Assembly (NCBI GenBank): GCA_047495785.1
Contig: JBLDXI010000024.1
Coordinates: forward strand, 1,798,001 to 1,862,000
From: Lepidodermella squamata
Taxonomy: Eukaryota > Animalia > Gastrotricha
Length of the DNA stretch: 64,000 bases
Reading direction: 5' to 3'
In this document: positions 23,311-35,472 of the stretch, in pieces
Layout of the letters: every line of letters begins with the position of its first letter
Numbering within the stretch: the first letter of the stretch is position 1
Notes under the pieces: model-generated
The model's database searches: none
What the model saw: the letters and a program-made list of their open reading frames with translations, nothing else
What the model was told of the DNA's origin: nothing
Program-made: the position numbers and the translations under genes

Positions 23311-23410
23311 TTAATATCCACCTATTGCAATGCCGCGTGTTCGGGGTAGCGGTCCAACGAAGTCGATCGTGATCATTTTGAGCGGGAATTTCGCGGTGAT
23401 GATGAGCAGG
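23311..23410 (-). mobile_element. Gypsy-like integrase fragment
   Basis: FPLKMITIDFVGPLPRTRG matches the integrase ..IDFVGPLP.. motif. Confidence 0.55.
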
Positions 23411-24240
23411 TGGAAGGAAAACGACCGGGATTGACGATTCCTCATAATTCTCCTCTTTGAGAATGAGTGTGAGATTGGTGATAAATAATTGAGTGTTGAG
23501 CGAATTCCGTGCTTAATATAGAACAATCAGAAAAATGAGGAAAGTTGTGAAACAATATCTTTGTCTAGAAGACCCATGGCTCTGTACACATACTACTCGC
23601 TTCCAATACTCTAGTTTATTGGGCCATTAAAATTTTCTAATCATATTAACAAATGTTCAAATACATGCCTCTTCAATAATACCACCAATCATATGTCGCC
23701 ATATTTAGCATGAATAACATTTCCACGTAGCCCATTCTTCACGTTCTGTCAAGGTCGACCGCGAAATGATACTCAGTGTTATGGATTTTTTATTTTTTAG
23801 ACCTATCAATCGAACGCTACTCGCGATGGTTTCGAAGATATGGCCCAGCGCTTATGAACGATCAAAGTCGATCCCCGGTCAAAGCGATACTGATCAGTGA
23901 TCAAGATTTTTCTTTCGACCGCGATTGGATGGTTGTTTATCGAACGAACAAGCCCTTGCTTGAATTGTGAATTGCGATCAACCTATTTTGGCATGCTTCC
24001 GTGGCCTTATTTTGGCTCGAATACCTGAGAAAGCTTTAACTGTCGGCTGATGATGGGATCAGAGAAGTGTAGCTCTCATTCATGAATTATCGGTCTCTTC
24101 TAGTAATGTCGCCTAGTAATATTGCGAGACCGTACAACCGCAAATAACTCATAATATAGGCTACATCTTTTCTAACTTTTAAGCTTTAACAATTTTTGAT
24201 AATTATTGCACTTGAAAATAGCAGCTTAAAATTTGCCGAA

Positions 24241-25926
24241 ATGTATGCCCCTTTTGAGCAATGGCAGAAGGATGTTATGTGCCGTCGCCTTGAAGAATGG
24301 CAGAAAAGCAGGGTGGTATCATTCCCGGCGATGATTCAAGCCGTGGCTGCCGAGATCGGGGCTTGCCCGAAACGTGTTTCTGCATGGCTGTCAAGAAACA
24401 AGAACCGTGATGTTCGCACTATCACTCAAAGAGTGTTTGGCGCTAGCCAATCGGAAGTTTTGCGCTCCGCCTTCAAATCTAATTCTATTCCATCCACTTC
24501 ACTATTGGAGGATTTAGCCAGTAAAACTGGTTTGACACCGCAGCAAGTAAAGACCTGGTTCACTCACGAGAGGTGTCGTCAGAAATCGTCCAGGGGAGGC
24601 TATATCGCGCGCAAACGGACTCCCAGGTTGAACACTGCTCAAAGGTTGAGACTGGCTGATGAGGTTGCTGCTTCACCCGTGTTGTCAGAAGAAAGAAAGC
24701 GTGAGATTGCTGAACGTTACTCACTGGGCCCGGTTCAGGCTAGGAATTTTTTCAAACTGCATCGCGCTGAGCTTGGAATTTCCAAGATCAGAAAGAAGTG
24801 CTTGTTTTCTAGATATCAACAGAAAGAAATTGCAAAGGTTTGATATTTGTTAAAATATACTTTTATGCCGATTCCTTTTCTAAAAGGTTTTGACAGAATG
24901 TGCGAATCCTTCGGAGGAGCAAGTCATGCATCTTGCGAACAGAATTGGTGGACCTCCAGATAAAATCAATGACTACATTACCAGGCGTAGAAAGAAGCTT
25001 GCCGGGAAGGGGAAGCATGGAAAACGGTTCAAGTTTAACATCAAGCAGAATATTTACCTGCGAGAAGTAATTTTTGTTAAAATATTGATGCGTTTACTTG
25101 TAACGAAGCCTACTGATAATTCAGCAATTCGAACTCGATGGAAATTTGCTAGTTGGAAGAGCAGAAGAGATTGCGAAAACCCTTGAATGTTCTCCTACAC
25201 AGGTAGTGAATGCTTTAATCTTAGAGAATGCTGTTACCCTTACAATGGCGCGGAACTATATGGGCATTTGCAGGGCCGAGTTAACCCTTTCACGGCGGGA
25301 AGGACGATTTCGGAATTTCGACTTTGCTAATTCACAGTTCCATCAATTTAACGAATTTGTCCATCATAATTGGCAAAATACTACTTTCGGATGTTGCCCA
25401 CAAGTATCCGAAAGTCAAATTTAGTTATCTCTTCCCCTCTTGGAATACGATCAATTTTAAAATTTCAAACCGATGCACGTTTTTCTTATTTTTTTCAATC
25501 GAGTGAAACGATGTCTTGGGTATGTTTCCTGGTCTATCTGACTTCACAGGCGTGCCCGGCAGGGTCTAAGTGACTTCCCATTTCGTTTTTTCGAAATTCC
25601 ATGAAAAACTGACAGCACAATAGCCTGGCTGACGATTTCTATGAATTCATCCGCATGAATTTATATTTGAAAAAATAGCGGGATTGAAAGTTTCATTGAA
25701 ATCAGTAACTGATGGGAAATATGCGCATCAGGCCTTAAAATAGCATGTGGTTGCCGATTTTCCGATTCCTTGCTTAATTTGCTTGGCTGAAAAAAAATTC
25801 CGCCGTGAAAGGGTTAACATTCCGAGGGTCGAGAACATATTTATTTGCGTTTGCATGTTTCAGGTGAAAAGATGGTTTCATCGAGCACGAAACCGAAGCA
25901 AAGAGAAAAAGCTCGTGAGTGCTTAG
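24241..25926 (+). CDS. Five-homeodomain protein copy 2, 4 exons (last exon 25864-25926)
   Basis: LRSAFKSNSIPSTSLLEDLASKTGLTPQQVKTWFTHERCRQK; same intron positions as copy 1; last exon VKRWFHRARNRSKEKKLVSA*. Confidence 0.78.
25285..25813. mobile_element. piggyBac-type MITE in intron 3 of homeobox copy 2
   Basis: TTAA TSD on both sides; TIR CCCTTTCACGGCGG / CCGCCGTGAAAGGG. Confidence 0.88.
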
Positions 25927-26425
25927 CTGTATGAATGCGAACCTCGCCTTGGTCTGAGGCAACCTGAGCCATAAACCTTTCTTTTTTTGTATCAAGCTTG
26001 ATATTTTTATTTTGAATTGTTCTTGCTTCACGCCTTGATATTTTATATTTTTTTCTGTAGGGATAATCGTTGTACCTATGATAATGGTGTCCAATTTTCA
26101 ATTGTGACAGATGGCTGATTAATGCTTAGCGATATCTTCCTTCTCCTGTTCACTCAATCCTTTTCAATCACTCCAAATTTTCCAATCATTTATCCTTGTG
26201 TTCATAAATGATTCATCACTTATAGGATCATGCCCGCCGTCTGAATTAGCGGCCGGCTGAAGCGGGCAGCCAGCCGCTAGGCGCTAGGCCGGAAAATATG
26301 CCCGCTGAAGCCATGAGTTAAACAGTTGGCCTCATTTTTTTACAGATAGATTTTATTTATCTTTGCTAAATTATAAATACTACCGTTGATTTCCTAGTAC
26401 CCTTTGATATCCCGGAGCTAAGTGA

Positions 26426-28147
26426 ATGCCTTTTGAGCATTGGCAGCAAGTTGTTCTGTGTAATCGCCTTGAAGAATGGCAGAAAAGTGACGCGGTATCA
26501 CGCTTAGCGTTGTATAAAATCTTGGCTACCGAGATCGGTGATAGCTCGAAACGCGTTAGTGATTGGTTTTCGACAAGGAAGAACCATGATGTTGGTACCG
26601 TCAAACAAAGGATCTCCAGCCTGTCGCGATTGGAAATATTACGCTCTGCCTTTCTACCTAATCCCTTTCCGCCTGCTACATTGGTGGAAGATTTGGTAAG
26701 CAAAACTGGTTTGACACCGTTGCAAGTGAAGAAGTGGTTCATTGAAGCGAGGAGGCGTCAGAAATTGTCCAGGGATGGCTATATCGTACGCAAAGTGGCT
26801 CCCAAATTCCAAATTGAACACCACGCAAATGTTAAGACTGGCTGATGAGTTCAATGCTTCACCCGTGTTGTCAGAAGAAAGGATCCGTGCGCTTACCGAG
26901 CGTTATTCGTTAAGCCCCAACCAGGCTGAATACTTTTTCAAGCTGCAACGCGCTGAGCTTGGAATTACCAAGATCAGAAAAAAGTGCCTTTTCACTTGCT
27001 ATCAGCTGAAAGAAATTGCAAAGGTTTCATCTTTATGTTAAGAATTGCTTCTTGGGCAGAATTGTTTTTCTGAAAGGTTATGGCAGAATGTGCGAATCCT
27101 TCGGAGGAGCAAGTAAACCATCTTGCGAACAGAATTGGTGGACCTCCAGATAAAATCAATGACTACATTACCAGGCGTAGAAAGAAGCGTGCCGGAAAGG
27201 GGAAGCGTGGAAAACGTCGCTGGTAACCCTACTGTAACGCGGTCCTTTTTCGGACGGGGTAATTTCGGACATTTTTGACTTTGAGCGCGCGTTTCTCCTC
27301 AACCCTGGTGGATAAAAATACCGTCAAAATGTAGAAGATAGTCCAATGTCCTGCCTTTCAAATGACATCTGAAATATGAGAAACGGATTTTTTTTACGAA
27401 TAATGGTTGCACTTCTTCGCAGGTGTGCGCCGAGGTAAAAAATTGCCAACTTTTTTATTCGGCAGTATTTTTCGCCGGAAAGAAGCGCAAAAGAAAGAGC
27501 GCATCGACTTCAGTTAGATGGGCATGTTTAGAACAAATTTAAATTGCTCATTTGTCCTGAAATTCAGCCAGAAAAAATCCCCTGGCTTATTTCGGACAGC
27601 CACAAACTACAGAGAATTCAATCGACCTTGACGTTTTTAAACTTTAATATTTTAGTGAGAATAACACTGAGCTGCGTTGAGAGCTCAATTCACTATCGGG
27701 GGTTCAAATCCCTCAACATGCAATTTATTTGTTTTCTTTTAAAATCTGCTCACAAATATTATCTCGCTTTAATGTGAACTTTGGCCCTAATCTAAATATT
27801 CACACTGAGCTGTCCGAAATTACCCCAGTTGTGTCCGAAATCAGCCGAGTCAGTTGAATACCTGTGAATACCTGTGTCAGTTTAGGTACATTTTTACTGC
27901 GATTAACACTAGGATATGCAGTTTTTCAAGGCGCATCTTTTGGCGTAAATCGCGTAAAAAAATTCGCTCACCTTAAAAAACAAAGCCCGAAAAACAGGTT
28001 TTTGTCCGAAATAAGACCACGTTATAGTATTCTCTATGGCGTCAAGCTTCGATATGAAAATACCATAGCATTTGTATTTTTCAGGTGATGAGATGGTTTC
28101 AACGAGCACGAAAACAAAGCAAAGTGAAAAAGCTTGTGTGTGCATAG
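26426..28147 (+). pseudogene. Five-homeodomain copy 3, disrupted
   Basis: 7 bp duplication ccaaatt near 26802-26815 shifts frame; exon 3 absent where a MITE sits; last exon VMRWFQRARKQ...* retained at 28085-28147. Confidence 0.75.
27232..28027. mobile_element. TA-flanked MITE (Tc1/mariner/pogo-like)
   Basis: Imperfect TIR CTGTAACGCGGTCCTTTTTCGGAC / GTCCGAAATAAGACCACGTTATAG, TA each side, internal ttcggaca/tgtccgaa motifs. Confidence 0.7.
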
Positions 28148-28385
28148 CTGTACGAATGCGAACCTCGCCTTTGATGTGAGACAACCTGAGAGATTAACTT
28201 TTCTTTTTTGTATCAAGCTTAATATTTCTATTTTGAATTTTTCTCATTAAACGCCTTGGCCGATGGCTGATTACTGCTAAGCGATATCTTCCTCCTCCTG
28301 TTCACTCAGAATTTCACTCCAAATATTCCACTCATCTATCCTCGTGCCCATTCATTACCTTAATTTGTACTTCTATAGGTTTTAA

Positions 28386-29702
28386 ATGGCTAAAATTTCA
28401 AATGTAGAGCATGAAAATTTGTGTTGCGAAGGAACGTGTTCAATCTCATGCGAGTCGATTATCGATTGCCTCAACTCGGCCTTGGACAGCCTGCCAACTC
28501 GCGATGGCATTCAAGTTTGGATGAGCGATTTTCCAGAGGCCGACCCGAATTCCGAACTAATTAGCATAATAAGCGGACCGCTCTGCTCAAGCAACTACAT
28601 TTACTTGGCTCAATTTACGGACCAAACGAAGAAGCAATTAATCACTGACGCAATTTTCGTAAAAATGCAGCTGAAAAGCGAAAAATTATCGCAATTTCTG
28701 GCGGAAGACGCGATTTTATTGTCCAAAGCTGTGAATGATCGTGACTTTTCGGAATTATCGAAAATATTACTGCGGAAAAAATCGATACCAATTTGTTGCC
28801 TTCAAAGTTGTTTATTGGAGGCGATTTGGAAATACTTCGACCAAGCTGTGGAATTATTGCTGAAAAATGGCGCTTCAGCCTCGATTTGCTTGAGAAAGGG
28901 CTACCCAGACACCCGGCCTATCCAGCTATGCCTTCAAAATTACTGCGAGCCTTATTTAAATTCGATTATTGGTCGATTGAATAATAATGAAATTTTCGGT
29001 AAAGCCGAAAGTTTAACGACTAGTTTGAAGCATTTACTCGGCCAAAAGTCGGCGATTTCTCCATTTTCGCCAAATTCGAGTAATGACGACGATTTTCAGG
29101 CGCTTCACGAACTGTACCAAGTCGCAGTTTTCAGCCGGGAAGCTGTTGAATTAATGCTTGAGAAATCGAGCCCTTATTTCGGAATTGAACGTGATTATGA
29201 GTCACCCCTGGCCTATGCTTTCGAATATCTAGGCTACGACATTGATAACGGCCGGTTAAGAGACGGATTTCCGTTTGATGTCGTTATGAAAATTTTTATC
29301 AATGGCATTTTACCGATGCTTCGAGCTGGATTACGGCAGAAGTCGAGCGAGAAATTATCGGATGATTTCTCGACAAAATTTGGCCATTTATTTCGGCTCA
29401 TTTCTGACCAGTCAATCGATTTATTGCCGATTATTCAGGAAGTTGTGATCGAATCGCGAAGTTACAACGCGAAGCCGCTGGATATTTGCCGGCTGAAATT
29501 CGAAAATCAGGAAGAATTCAGCAAAGAACTGACCTCGTTTTTGACCTATTTTCCTCGAAAATTGCAGAATTTCGCGAGAAAATCTGTACTAAGTTGTTTG
29601 CCGTGTGGTTTGAAAAAGCGGCGCGAAGCAATTTCAACTTTGAATTTACCCGCTTGTTTGGAGGATTATTTAAATTTCAGCGAATTCGATTCGCTTTGTT
29701 GA
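28386..29702 (+). CDS. SOCS-box family copy 5 (A, closest to copy 1)
   Basis: 438 aa; CCEGTCSIS, VELLLKNGASA, FPRKLQNFARKSVL...LNLPACLEDYL. Confidence 0.82.
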   Translation: MAKISNVEHENLCCEGTCSISCESIIDCLNSALDSLPTRDGIQVWMSDFPEADPNSELISIISGPLCSSNYIYLAQFTDQTKKQLITDAIFVKMQLKSEKLSQFLAEDAILLSKAVNDRDFSELSKILLRKKSIPICCLQSCLLEAIWKYFDQAVELLLKNGASASICLRKGYPDTRPIQLCLQNYCEPYLNSIIGRLNNNEIFGKAESLTTSLKHLLGQKSAISPFSPNSSNDDDFQALHELYQVAVFSREAVELMLEKSSPYFGIERDYESPLAYAFEYLGYDIDNGRLRDGFPFDVVMKIFINGILPMLRAGLRQKSSEKLSDDFSTKFGHLFRLISDQSIDLLPIIQEVVIESRSYNAKPLDICRLKFENQEEFSKELTSFLTYFPRKLQNFARKSVLSCLPCGLKKRREAISTLNLPACLEDYLNFSEFDSLC

Positions 29703-30080
29703 TCTGACTTCATTTTTCACAATAAAGTTTTTCTAGCGTTTACTGGCCCCATTTCCATATTTCGTTTCATGAATTTGAAATGGATTCATTTTATATTTCA
29801 GATTTTAACAATCGGGGAGTATCTAGTGTATTGACCTGGCTTCAAGAATTTCCTTTTACACTATTTTATTCGTAATTTTCGAAGGCAACCACGGGACCCA
29901 AGTAGAAATGAATCCATTTTATCGCCTCTTGGCATCTTGAGAATTTAAAAAATTGGTTTTTCTCTTCGTAATTTCGATCTGGAAAAATACTGAAATAATC
30001 AGTCAAAATTGCGAACAAATTTCAGTAATTTTCTAAAAAATCAATTAAAATATTATTTTATTAGGATTTTTAAATCTGAA

Positions 30081-31532
30081 ATGGAAACGCAGCTGTTTTC
30101 GTGTTACGACGATCCTAATTTAGCGTGCCCGTTGGGCAAGTCGAATTTTTTCCCGCTCTTGAACGCAATTATCGATCCTCTGCTTCAAGATTCGATGCGA
30201 ATTCTACGAATCAACTCAGACCATTGGCGGATAACTCGATGGAATTCAATTTCAGACGAAGAATTCGAGCGAATTGCAGATGGTTACATCCATGTTGAAT
30301 TACTAGATAAACGGCTCCACAACGGCGGGTTCGATTTGGCTCTCGGATTCCGCGACAAAGCAGCTGATGCAATCTCGACAATTTTTCAGCAAATTTTCAA
30401 CAAAATCTCCGAATTCGAAAAAAATCGGCGAAAATATTTTAGCGAATTTTCACCAATCGATTTGATGCGGCTACAGTTTGCGATAAAACTGAAAAATGGT
30501 CAACAATTGCGATCAATTTTCGAAGAAATCGGCGAAAAATCGGTAAAAATCCCCAAATGCGTTCTTCAGTGTTTATTAATTCAATCGATTGAACTGCAAT
30601 TTGTTGACGGCGTTGCGATTTTACTCGAAAATGGCGCGTCTCCTGCTGAAAAATTCAAAAAGTTTGACCGGGAAGTTGCGACCGTCCCTTTGGCTCTATG
30701 CATAATGTTGTATCGAAGAAATATCGCGGCTGATATGTCGGTATTTGGATGCCAATCAAGTTTGTATTCGGTGTCAGAGCTCGACTCAATTTTGACAATT
30801 TTGATTGCGAAATCGAGGGACAAGTTTCTGCATGAATTGACTTGGACATTCGATTTGACCGGCCTGGCAATACTAAGCCCAGAAATGGCGAAAATACTGA
30901 TCGATATTGCATGCTCAAACTACGACAAATCGGGCCGGAAGATTTTGAGTGAAACCTTTTACGAAATTTGGTGCTGGCTACGGGATCCATCAACCCGGTT
31001 CGATTTACCGAAAACATCAGTGACTTTCGCGAAGATGTTTGAAAATCTCGTTATGCCCCTTATGCAAGCGGGCTTTCGTTTCCAAAATGGAATTTTCAGC
31101 GAAGATTTGAAGACTTTGGGCAATATTTTCGCGACCATGGTTCGTCATGGGTATCTTAAACGATTTTGGGGCGATAAATCGATATTTTCGGATTTGTTAC
31201 TCGAATCGGCTGGGCAATCTAGCGTGCCAAAACTTGTGAATGCTTGGCGGAATAACAGAATAATGGATGACTTGATTGACAATTTAGTCGACCGATTTCC
31301 GCGATCGCTTCAGGCTAATTGTCGAACTGTCATCTTAAGCCGGCTGCCTATTGGGCTAAAAGTGCGAGCTGAGGCGATAACTGCCCTCGGATTGCCGAAG
31401 TTGTTGGATGATTACCTGAATTTTAGTGACTTTCGGGTGTCACCTCATTCTCTTGTTGTAGATGACTGCTCAAATACATGTGATATTGGTGATTTAAATA
31501 CCGGTGATGATGATTTTTGGACATCTTTTTAA
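30081..31532 (+). CDS. SOCS-box family copy 6 (divergent)
   Basis: IPKCVLQCLL..GVAILLENGASPA, VMPLMQAGFR, FPRSLQANCRTVILSRLPIGLK..LGLPKLLDDYLNF. Confidence 0.8.
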   Translation: METQLFSCYDDPNLACPLGKSNFFPLLNAIIDPLLQDSMRILRINSDHWRITRWNSISDEEFERIADGYIHVELLDKRLHNGGFDLALGFRDKAADAISTIFQQIFNKISEFEKNRRKYFSEFSPIDLMRLQFAIKLKNGQQLRSIFEEIGEKSVKIPKCVLQCLLIQSIELQFVDGVAILLENGASPAEKFKKFDREVATVPLALCIMLYRRNIAADMSVFGCQSSLYSVSELDSILTILIAKSRDKFLHELTWTFDLTGLAILSPEMAKILIDIACSNYDKSGRKILSETFYEIWCWLRDPSTRFDLPKTSVTFAKMFENLVMPLMQAGFRFQNGIFSEDLKTLGNIFATMVRHGYLKRFWGDKSIFSDLLLESAGQSSVPKLVNAWRNNRIMDDLIDNLVDRFPRSLQANCRTVILSRLPIGLKVRAEAITALGLPKLLDDYLNFSDFRVSPHSLVVDDCSNTCDIGDLNTGDDDFWTSF

Positions 31533-31771
31533 AATAAATAATATTTACCTAGCAATATGATTTGTTTTATTTTAGGTTCCTCAAATTCGTTCTATCGACT
31601 AAAATTAGATGCAGTAATTCGAATATCTACTTTTCGCCTTGAGCATCGGGTCCAAGCGGAAATAGGAGCCGTAGAGCGTAGTTTCTCTAATTTTCCAAGT
31701 TTTATATCGAAAATTTTTGAGTTCTTGTTCAAATTCTTCGTTTTAGTTTTTAAAACTTGACATTTTCGAGA

Positions 31772-33061
31772 ATGTGATGTGGCACTGATAGGAAGAAGTG
31801 TCCGGTCCATTGCAACGACGCTCCTCTGGCTGCTCGCGAAATTGCTTCGAAATGCTTGGAAAAAGCATTATTCGCCCTCAACTGTGACTTCAGATATTGT
31901 ACCGACAAGAAAAAAGAATTCAACTCGTTCGAATTTCTACCAATACTGCACCTGGCACCTCATCCTGATTGCCTTCAAACCCGCCCTGATGTTGCTATCG
32001 ATCGAATCAGGGCGCAGTTTGTGCAAGAATGCATTGAAGTCTACAGAAATAGCCTGAAATTAGATGTTTTTCAACCTATTGATGGCTTGATAATATTCAA
32101 CGCTGGACTCATTTACGACGTTGAGGCCTTGAAGCTGGTTGCCGATAGGGTCAAGAATCTCCCGCCCTGCATTGGCGCTCATCTTGTTATGAAGCTATTT
32201 TCTGACTGTGATGATTTCGACGAAAATACAGTCGCGAATTGCTTCAAGTTGCTGCTTGAAATGGGTGCTATGAAAAATTGGCAGCCGGCTTGGCACCCGT
32301 TAACAGGGTCAATATCCCTATTTAAGCTGAAAGTCAATTTACAGCGATTAAAATGTCTTAAGGTCGATTAAAATGGCGATGTTGTTTTCTTATCTAAATA
32401 AGAATCCAGAGCCACAAAGTTTCAGGATGAGCCCAGGAAGCATGGAACTTTTGAACCTTGCTTATTACCTGCCTTACAATTTACGATTTGCCCGGAAATA
32501 GCAGGCGGTTTCATTGACCACGCTCTTATAGCGAATGGCTATGATTACAGAGCTTTTTCGGGAGATTTTGACTTTTTAATGTGCAGTCCGACTTTGAAAT
32601 TGGCCAGGTTTGGTAGATTTTCAGTCTTGCCGCTGATGAATGCTGGTTTTCGGCTAAATTATTGGGAAAACCAGGCGCATCGTATTGACACTTCTTATCG
32701 GATTCGGAAAAGAAAACATGCCGATTTGGCTTTGAAGATTGCCTATGCTGCCAGAAACTCTGTCGTGACGCTGAAATCGAGAACATATGAATTTGTTGGT
32801 GATGAGAAATGGCCAAGAAAATCGAATTTGCCCAAATTCGCTGCACAGTCTTTACCGGGTTCCTTGCAGTCATTTTGTCGGCACGTGATTTTGCGGACTC
32901 TGCCAATGGGTAGTTACCGAAGACGCGTTGCGATTGTTAGTCTCGGCCTGCCAAAGCCTTTGAACAATTTTCTGATGTTTAGCGATATTGAATCGCAAAT
33001 TGACTTGACTTACGATCTTGATGAACGAAAAATATTTAATTTATCCGGGTGCGTTCTATAA
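31772..33061 (+). pseudogene. SOCS-box family copy 7 (subfamily B), pseudogene
   Basis: ATG TGA (Trp codon 2 of the paralogue is a stop here), cgattaaaatg duplication and frameshift near 32345-32375; SOCS box LPGSLQSFCRHVIL retained. Confidence 0.8.
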
Positions 33062-33399
33062 AATTATTTGTAACACTCCGTATTTCTTTTATATTTTTAG
33101 ACCGTTAACTAATTAATTAGGTAATTAATTACGGAGCTGAGGAAAAACTTGAGCTCGCGATGAAATGAAGAGAATCTGACTCAATTCGATTTTTCGAACT
33201 TGGTTAAAAGGGTTGTATCGTTTGGATTTCTTCCAGCAGGGTCATAAAGTCGCCCCGAAATCGCCGCCAAGAAATCGTAAAGGCAACTTTTGTCGAAGGG
33301 TCTTTTGCTCGGCGACTTTCGTGTATTCAGGAATAACGTCGGAATTTTAATTAGTTTTGAAAATGGGAGAATGTTTTAGCCGTCTAGGAAAATTTGAGA

Positions 33400-35340
33400 C
33401 GTCGCTGCGGCTGTAAAGTTGAGAACAAGACAGTGATGAATTCACTTGCTCTTCTTAGCCCTCGGCGGCAGTCGACGCGTCGGACCTTTTAGTTTAAAAA
33501 GCAAGCGTCGTAGCCTTCACGGACGCAACCTTTCTCGAGATCTCGACGAAGGTCCAGACAAGCCGGAGCCAAATGATTAGCATGGCCACAGTATGAGCAA
33601 CTCTGGGCATGTTTGCAGTCTACGGATCGGTGTCCCTGTTGACACCACAGGCATCGTGGCGTGGTACGCTGACGCTTGCGCTACGGTGATTGCCGTTGTT
33701 GTTGCGGTCGGGAAACCCGGCGCCGCTGGCGCAACTAGTTGCTGACTCTTGAGGCTGCCGTTGCTGATAGGGCGGATGCTGGCCGGAGGCATTTGAAGCA
33801 CGGTCGCGGAGCTGTCGCTCTATGTTCGTAATTCGGGCGGCGATGCCGTCGAATGCTTTCTCCATGGCGGACTTGGCCGTCTTCACTTCTGAAATGGGGG
33901 AAACAATATTTTTTAATTTGCTCGATTCTTTGTACGCTGACAATGCCAGAGATACTTTGCAGTCAAACGTGGACTTAGCGGCTGTTGTGAGGGCTAGGCG
34001 GACTTTGTCGTCAGCTAGGCCTTCATGAAAGGTATTTATCAGAGTATCGACTTCTACGCCAAGGCGCGCTGCGAGTACGCGAAGGGCCGAAGCATATGCC
34101 TCGATCGACTCGCCTGCTTGCTGCGTCCTGGCGTACAAGTCCTTCATGGATGAGGATGAACTTCTTGGTTCGCGGAAAATTTGTACGAATTTGGTAATTG
34201 TCTGTGCGAAAGTTAGGGTATTTTTTCCTTAAAAATGTCTTCCGCATTTGTATCAAATTTGGAGTAGAAATAATCCTCAATGTTTGTGAGTGGTATTTGT
34301 AATAACTTGACGTTAGTCGTGAAACGGCGATAAAATGGTGGGAAAGGGGTCCCTGCCAAATAATAAATATCGTTACCTTTCATCGCAGCTCCAAGGGCTA
34401 CCACGATGCTTGGCGTTGGCTCTGGTGGCGGTGGTGGTGGTGCTGGGCGAGCTGCCGACGCCCAGTGAACGGCCATTGCTTCGAGTTCAGTTGCGGAATA
34501 CCGAAGCGCGGTGCCCGATAGCGCTTTGCTTCCGGCGGCGATTTGTTCGATGCCGTCGTCTTGAATCTAAGTCAGAACTGCGCCGAGAGCGGTTCCGCTG
34601 GCGTCGCAGTGAATGCGCTAGGGCAGAGCTGGATTTGGCAGGCCAGTTGGTTCTTGGAAGATTGCCTTGATGTTGTCGAAAGGGGCTTGGCACTCGTCGG
34701 TCTAGATGAAGGGAACACTTTCACTGGTGAGCCGGTAAAGTGGAGAGGCAGTTTCAGCAAACTTGAGCGTGCATTTTTTCAAGAAGTTGGCAAAGGCATG
34801 GAACGAGGTTAGCTGTTTCGAGGAACGAGGTTATAGGCGGTGGTTGCTCTCAGTTTAGCCGGGTCGGCTTCGATGCCGTACGGCGAAAAGATGTGGCCCT
34901 GAAACTTGAGCTTTATTTGGAAGAGCTCGGACTTCTCGAAGACCGGCTTGGCGAATGAGGCCTAGGAATTCGCGGATGTGGGCTATATGTTCCTCCACTG
35001 TTCTGTAGAAGATGTCGTCGTGAAAGACCACGCACCACTTCCATTGTCCAGGCTTGAGCACATGTGATGTTTCGTTTGATCAGTCATAGCTGTTCTATGG
35101 CAAGATTTAGTAGGCGTCTCTGTCGGGATCGGTCTTTTCCGATAAGTTGAGGTTAGCCAAGTTAGCCAAGTTGCCATCGCATTCGAGTACGTCGATCGTT
35201 TTACCTTGACGCCTTTGGGATTAAATGGGTAACGAGTTGAAGAGCACCAGCCCTCGATCGCTGAGGCGAGATAGGCCGTCGTCGATTCGTGATGCAGGCA
35301 CTTCGAGGACGAGCCGAGAGCTGGGTAATTGCCTAACAGA
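33400..35340 (-). mobile_element. Rearranged Gypsy/Ty3 LTR retrotransposon remnants (gag and RT fragments)
   Basis: gag motif RTQQAGESIEAYASALRVLA..FHEGL (33620-34147); RT-like WKWCVVFHDDI..VEEHIAHIREFLGLIRQAGL (34855-35061); boundaries approximate. Confidence 0.7.
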
Positions 35341-35472
35341 CTGTTTATTCAGTTGCCTAGCCAGTAGAATTTTCCTAGCTTCTTAGACGATAAAAATAGG
35401 AAAGCCAGTTGGATGAAAAAATATTATCCCAAATTTACTCTTTTTAGTTTGTTAAAACTTGAACCTTTACAA

